A stretch of 64,000 nt of DNA from the NCBI GenBank assembly GCA_903821745.1, contig CAIJMI010000005.1:57051-121050 (forward strand). The letters run 5' to 3'. Of this stretch, positions 60,571-64,000 are shown one piece after another. The notes below the pieces were generated by a model that worked only from the letters and a program-made list of their open reading frames with translations, did no database searches and was not told where the DNA came from. The stretch's first letter is position 1, and every line of letters starts with the position of its first letter. Origin of the DNA: Candidatus Gottesmanbacteria bacterium. GTDB lineage: Bacteria > Patescibacteriota > Microgenomatia > UBA10105 > UBA927. The position numbers and the translations under genes are program-made.

Positions 60571-62240
60571 CAATTACTGTTGATGGAAATGGCATGCAGG
60601 TTACTGAAGGACAGCAATTACTTGCTGCTTTACAAGAACAGGGAATTAAGATTCCTGCTCTTTGTTATCATCCAGATTTCGAACCGGAAGAAAATTGCAG
60701 ATTATGCCTGGTTGAAGTAAACGGTAAAATTGTCACTTCCTGTAGCACGCGAATCAAACAAGGAATGGTTGTTCAAACAAATACCGAAGAACTGCTCAAA
60801 CTTCGAAAGACTAATGCAGAACTTTTGATTGCCAATTATGAAGGTTCCGATACCAGCTTTCGAAAAACCCTGTTACAGGAAATAACCTGTGAAGCAGGGG
60901 TCTGTCACACATCATCCTTGGTCCCACGAAAAAGTAAACGGGGAGAACTGCATTTTAGGGATATTCTGTTTTATGATCTCAAAAAATGCGTTGATTGCAG
61001 AAACTGCGTAAAAGCCTGTCAGACACAAAGCGTCTGTGCAGTATGTGTCAAAAATTATGGATATAGAGAGGAAATATCAAAACGGAATGACCGCTATTGC
61101 GTTTTTTGTGGCCAGTGTTTAGCGCATTGTCCAGCAGGAGCCATTTCGACAAATCCCATAATGGCAACAGAGGTCGGTACACTACTAACAAAAAAGGACA
61201 ACAAACCAGTAATGGTTGCACAAATAGCGCCTGCTGTTCGGGCAGCAATTGGTGAAGAATTCGGACTTCCGCATGGAACAATCGCAACAGAACAATTAAC
61301 GGAATCGTTAAAAAAAATCGGATTTGATTACGTATTTGATGTATCCGTTGGTGCAGATCTTACGACGGTAGAAGAGGCAAAAGAATTAGTACATCGTATC
61401 CAAACCAAAGGAAAACTGCCGATGTTTACATCTTGCTGTCCCGGATGGGTGAGGTATTTGGGAGTCTATTTTCCAAAGCTGTTACCAAATCTGACAACGG
61501 TGCATTCCCCACAAATTATGATGGCAGGCATTATTAAATGGTATTGGGCTAAAAAAATGCAGATTCCCAAAGAACGCGTTCACGTTGTATCGATCATGCC
61601 GTGTTTGGCAAAAAAATGGGAATCCCGGAGACCGGAATATCAAATTGATGGCATCAATCGTATCGATAACGTCTTAACAACCGTTGAAATTGCACGAATG
61701 ATTAAAGAAAAGGGAATTGATATTGCCAAGCTCAAAGGTGTACCCATGGATGACCCATTAGGGGATCCGACGGGTGCTGGTGTTATCTTTGGCGCTTCAG
61801 GCGGCGTAATGGTTGCGGCGCTTCGGTCAGGCTTTTATTTGCTTACTGGAAAAAATCCTGAAATTTTAGAATTTGAAAAAATTACAACGCTTGATGGATA
61901 TAAAACCATGGAAGTATCAGCACCAGGACTTAAACTTCGCGTTGCAGCAATTGATGGTCTTGGCAACGTCGGCAAAATCATAACAAAATTGAATGACTTT
62001 GATTATATAGAAGTCATGGCCTGCCGCGGAGGTTGCATTGGTGGAGGTGGACAACCGGTTCCTGTCAATGACAATATCAGAAAAAAACGTGCGGCAGCGC
62101 TATTTTCGATTGACAAAAACGCACCACTTCGTTTTGCGCATGACAATCCAGCCATCAAAATATTATATAAAGAATTTTTGACAGATGAACAAACAATCCA
62201 TACAATCTGTCATTATGGTCCACACCCTTCAGGAAGCTGA
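60558..62240 (+). CDS. hydA: Group A [FeFe]-hydrogenase catalytic subunit
   Basis: H-cluster motifs FTSCCPGW, MPCLAKKWE, EVMACRGGCIGGGGQP; [2Fe-2S] and 2x[4Fe-4S] domains; start reset to ATG 60558. Confidence 0.93.
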   Translation: MEKITITVDGNGMQVTEGQQLLAALQEQGIKIPALCYHPDFEPEENCRLCLVEVNGKIVTSCSTRIKQGMVVQTNTEELLKLRKTNAELLIANYEGSDTSFRKTLLQEITCEAGVCHTSSLVPRKSKRGELHFRDILFYDLKKCVDCRNCVKACQTQSVCAVCVKNYGYREEISKRNDRYCVFCGQCLAHCPAGAISTNPIMATEVGTLLTKKDNKPVMVAQIAPAVRAAIGEEFGLPHGTIATEQLTESLKKIGFDYVFDVSVGADLTTVEEAKELVHRIQTKGKLPMFTSCCPGWVRYLGVYFPKLLPNLTTVHSPQIMMAGIIKWYWAKKMQIPKERVHVVSIMPCLAKKWESRRPEYQIDGINRIDNVLTTVEIARMIKEKGIDIAKLKGVPMDDPLGDPTGAGVIFGASGGVMVAALRSGFYLLTGKNPEILEFEKITTLDGYKTMEVSAPGLKLRVAAIDGLGNVGKIITKLNDFDYIEVMACRGGCIGGGGQPVPVNDNIRKKRAAALFSIDKNAPLRFAHDNPAIKILYKEFLTDEQTIHTICHYGPHPSGS

Positions 62241-63408
62241 AAACTATTGTAACTCGTTTATCGCCCCAATGGGCAAACACCGAGAACGAACATTGGACCG
62301 AATGAAAACGCTAATGGATTTGCTCGGCAATCCTCAAAAAACCGTAACCGTGATTCATGTCGGTGGGTCAACAGGGAAAAGTTCTACAGCATATATCATA
62401 GCTGTTCTTCTTGAAACAACAGGTCTTCGAGTTGGTCTTCATATAAAACCCCATCTCCAAAAAATTACCGAGCGGTGCTGTATTAATCGCATACCAATAC
62501 CCGATGACCAATTTATTGCTTACGTCAACGCTATTCAACCATATATCAATACAATGATCGAAAAACCAACATACTTTGAGATCCTTGTTGCCATAACACT
62601 TTGGTATTTTGCCAAAAATCACGTTGATGTTGCAGTCATGGAGGTTGGACGTGGCGGACGAGTCGATGCAACAAATATCTGTTCTTCAAAACTATACGTT
62701 TTAACGAATGTTACGCTTATGCATACCGATATTCTTGGAAAAACGCTTGAAGATATCACGAAAGAAAAAATGGGAATAGTCAAACACAAGAACATGAAGG
62801 TAATCACAGGTGTTAGCCAGCCAAAATTACGATCATATCTTCAAAAGCTTGGACGAACACTGCATATTCCGATAACAATGGTTAATATAACTAAACACCT
62901 TACGCCATTAGAACAAAACCAGCGCCTTGCCATTGCCGCAGTGAAACTATTTACGTCAATTACGGAATCACAAATTCAACAGTGTCTGTCAACGATACAA
63001 ATTCCGGGACGAATGGAAATATGGGTAGTGAACGGACAAACGTTCATCATGGATAATGGTAAAACCAATAAATTTCTTACATTACTTCCATATCGATTTC
63101 CTAAAAAAAACATGCATGTTGTACTTCCTGCACAACTACTACTCAATACCAAAGCACTTATAAAGCAAACGGCTCCGTTTACTTCAGAATTTATTTTTGT
63201 TTCTTTTCCTGAAAGGCGTCCAGGAAAAATGGATAGGGCTCTAATGGAAAAAAGTATTCAAAAAAAACACAGAACATTTATTGATATAGAAAAATTTATT
63301 AGAACCTATATGAATAAACCCAACGAGGATGTTTTTTTAATCACCGGGAGCTTGAAGCTCATCGGCGCCATCCGCACTATCTTAAAACCTTCAATTGAAC
63401 TAAAATGA
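62215..63408 (+). CDS. folC: Folylpolyglutamate/dihydrofolate synthase
   Basis: IHVGGSTGKSS, PHL...ER, TYFE, EVGRGGRVDATN, IPGRME, TGSL. Confidence 0.85.
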   Translation: MVHTLQEAENYCNSFIAPMGKHRERTLDRMKTLMDLLGNPQKTVTVIHVGGSTGKSSTAYIIAVLLETTGLRVGLHIKPHLQKITERCCINRIPIPDDQFIAYVNAIQPYINTMIEKPTYFEILVAITLWYFAKNHVDVAVMEVGRGGRVDATNICSSKLYVLTNVTLMHTDILGKTLEDITKEKMGIVKHKNMKVITGVSQPKLRSYLQKLGRTLHIPITMVNITKHLTPLEQNQRLAIAAVKLFTSITESQIQQCLSTIQIPGRMEIWVVNGQTFIMDNGKTNKFLTLLPYRFPKKNMHVVLPAQLLLNTKALIKQTAPFTSEFIFVSFPERRPGKMDRALMEKSIQKKHRTFIDIEKFIRTYMNKPNEDVFLITGSLKLIGAIRTILKPSIELK

Positions 63409-63412
63409 TCAT

Positions 63413-63961
63413 GTGATCAGCATCCAAGACCAAAAACAAATGCTTCGAAAACAAATACTTCTTGCCCGGAGAGCGTTTATTGGTCCTCCAAAACAAAAAG
63501 CAGATCGACTAATTTTTCAAAATATCACACACCATCAGCTTTATCAAAACGCAAAAACGATTTGCACCTATGTGTCCTTGGCAGACGAAGCTGACACACA
63601 TGCGCTTATTGATAATATTCTTACAAAAGAAGATAAAACACTGGTTGTGCCAAAAATTGAAGGTGAAACCATCACACTCTATCGCATTCATTCCTACGCA
63701 GATTTAGAAAAAGGAACACTCGGTATATTGGAACCCAAAAAAGGATGTGCATTGGCAACGATTGAGACAGTAGATCTTTTTATTGTCCCTGGCGTTGCAT
63801 TCGGCCATGACGGAACACGCATTGGTATGGGAAAAGGATATTATGACCGACTGCTTGCTAAAACCAACGCAACAAAAATTGGTATCGCATACCCGTTTCA
63901 AATTTTCGATTCCATTCCAACAACGGACAGGGATGAACGCGTTGATCTTCTTATATCCTAA
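63413..63961 (+). CDS. 5-formyltetrahydrofolate cyclo-ligase
   Basis: K..LR, GILEP, VPGVAF...G.RIG.GKGYYDR. Confidence 0.93.
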   Translation: MISIQDQKQMLRKQILLARRAFIGPPKQKADRLIFQNITHHQLYQNAKTICTYVSLADEADTHALIDNILTKEDKTLVVPKIEGETITLYRIHSYADLEKGTLGILEPKKGCALATIETVDLFIVPGVAFGHDGTRIGMGKGYYDRLLAKTNATKIGIAYPFQIFDSIPTTDRDERVDLLIS

Positions 63962-64000
63962 CGTAGGCAACAGCTACATCTTGCATCAATCTGATTGTGC

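Noticed and set aside
63400-63415. 6S RNA upstream of the 5-formyl-THF cyclo-ligase gene
   Set aside because: Only 4 nt separate it from folC

Overview
Gene-dense, low-GC bacterial chromosome segment using the standard code. Gene content and style (few Shine-Dalgarno sites, short or absent leaders, truncated HolA and UvrC, Cys-rich secreted proteins) suggest a Patescibacteria/CPR genome, probably Microgenomates; this is an inference. From start to end it holds: the 3' part of the F-type ATP synthase operon with upp, pyrG and rplS; a small decaying accessory region before tRNA-Lys (MarR pseudogene, orphan structured RNA); dinB and a SAM-I-family riboswitch ahead of metK; a sugar-phosphate/gluconeogenesis cluster; lexA divergent from uvrB-uvrA-TGase-uvrC-yvlD-yvcK-secG; a wHTH regulator plus a divergent CCA/poly(A)-polymerase-like nucleotidyltransferase facing a tRNA cluster; a 46-57 kb stretch where 11 tRNAs are interleaved with protein genes (13 tRNAs in the window); and a two-subunit NAD(H)-linked [FeFe]-hydrogenase coupled to folC and 5-formyl-THF cyclo-ligase. 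No CRISPR, rRNA, transposase or integrase was seen. All calls come from reading motifs by eye; no database searches were run.
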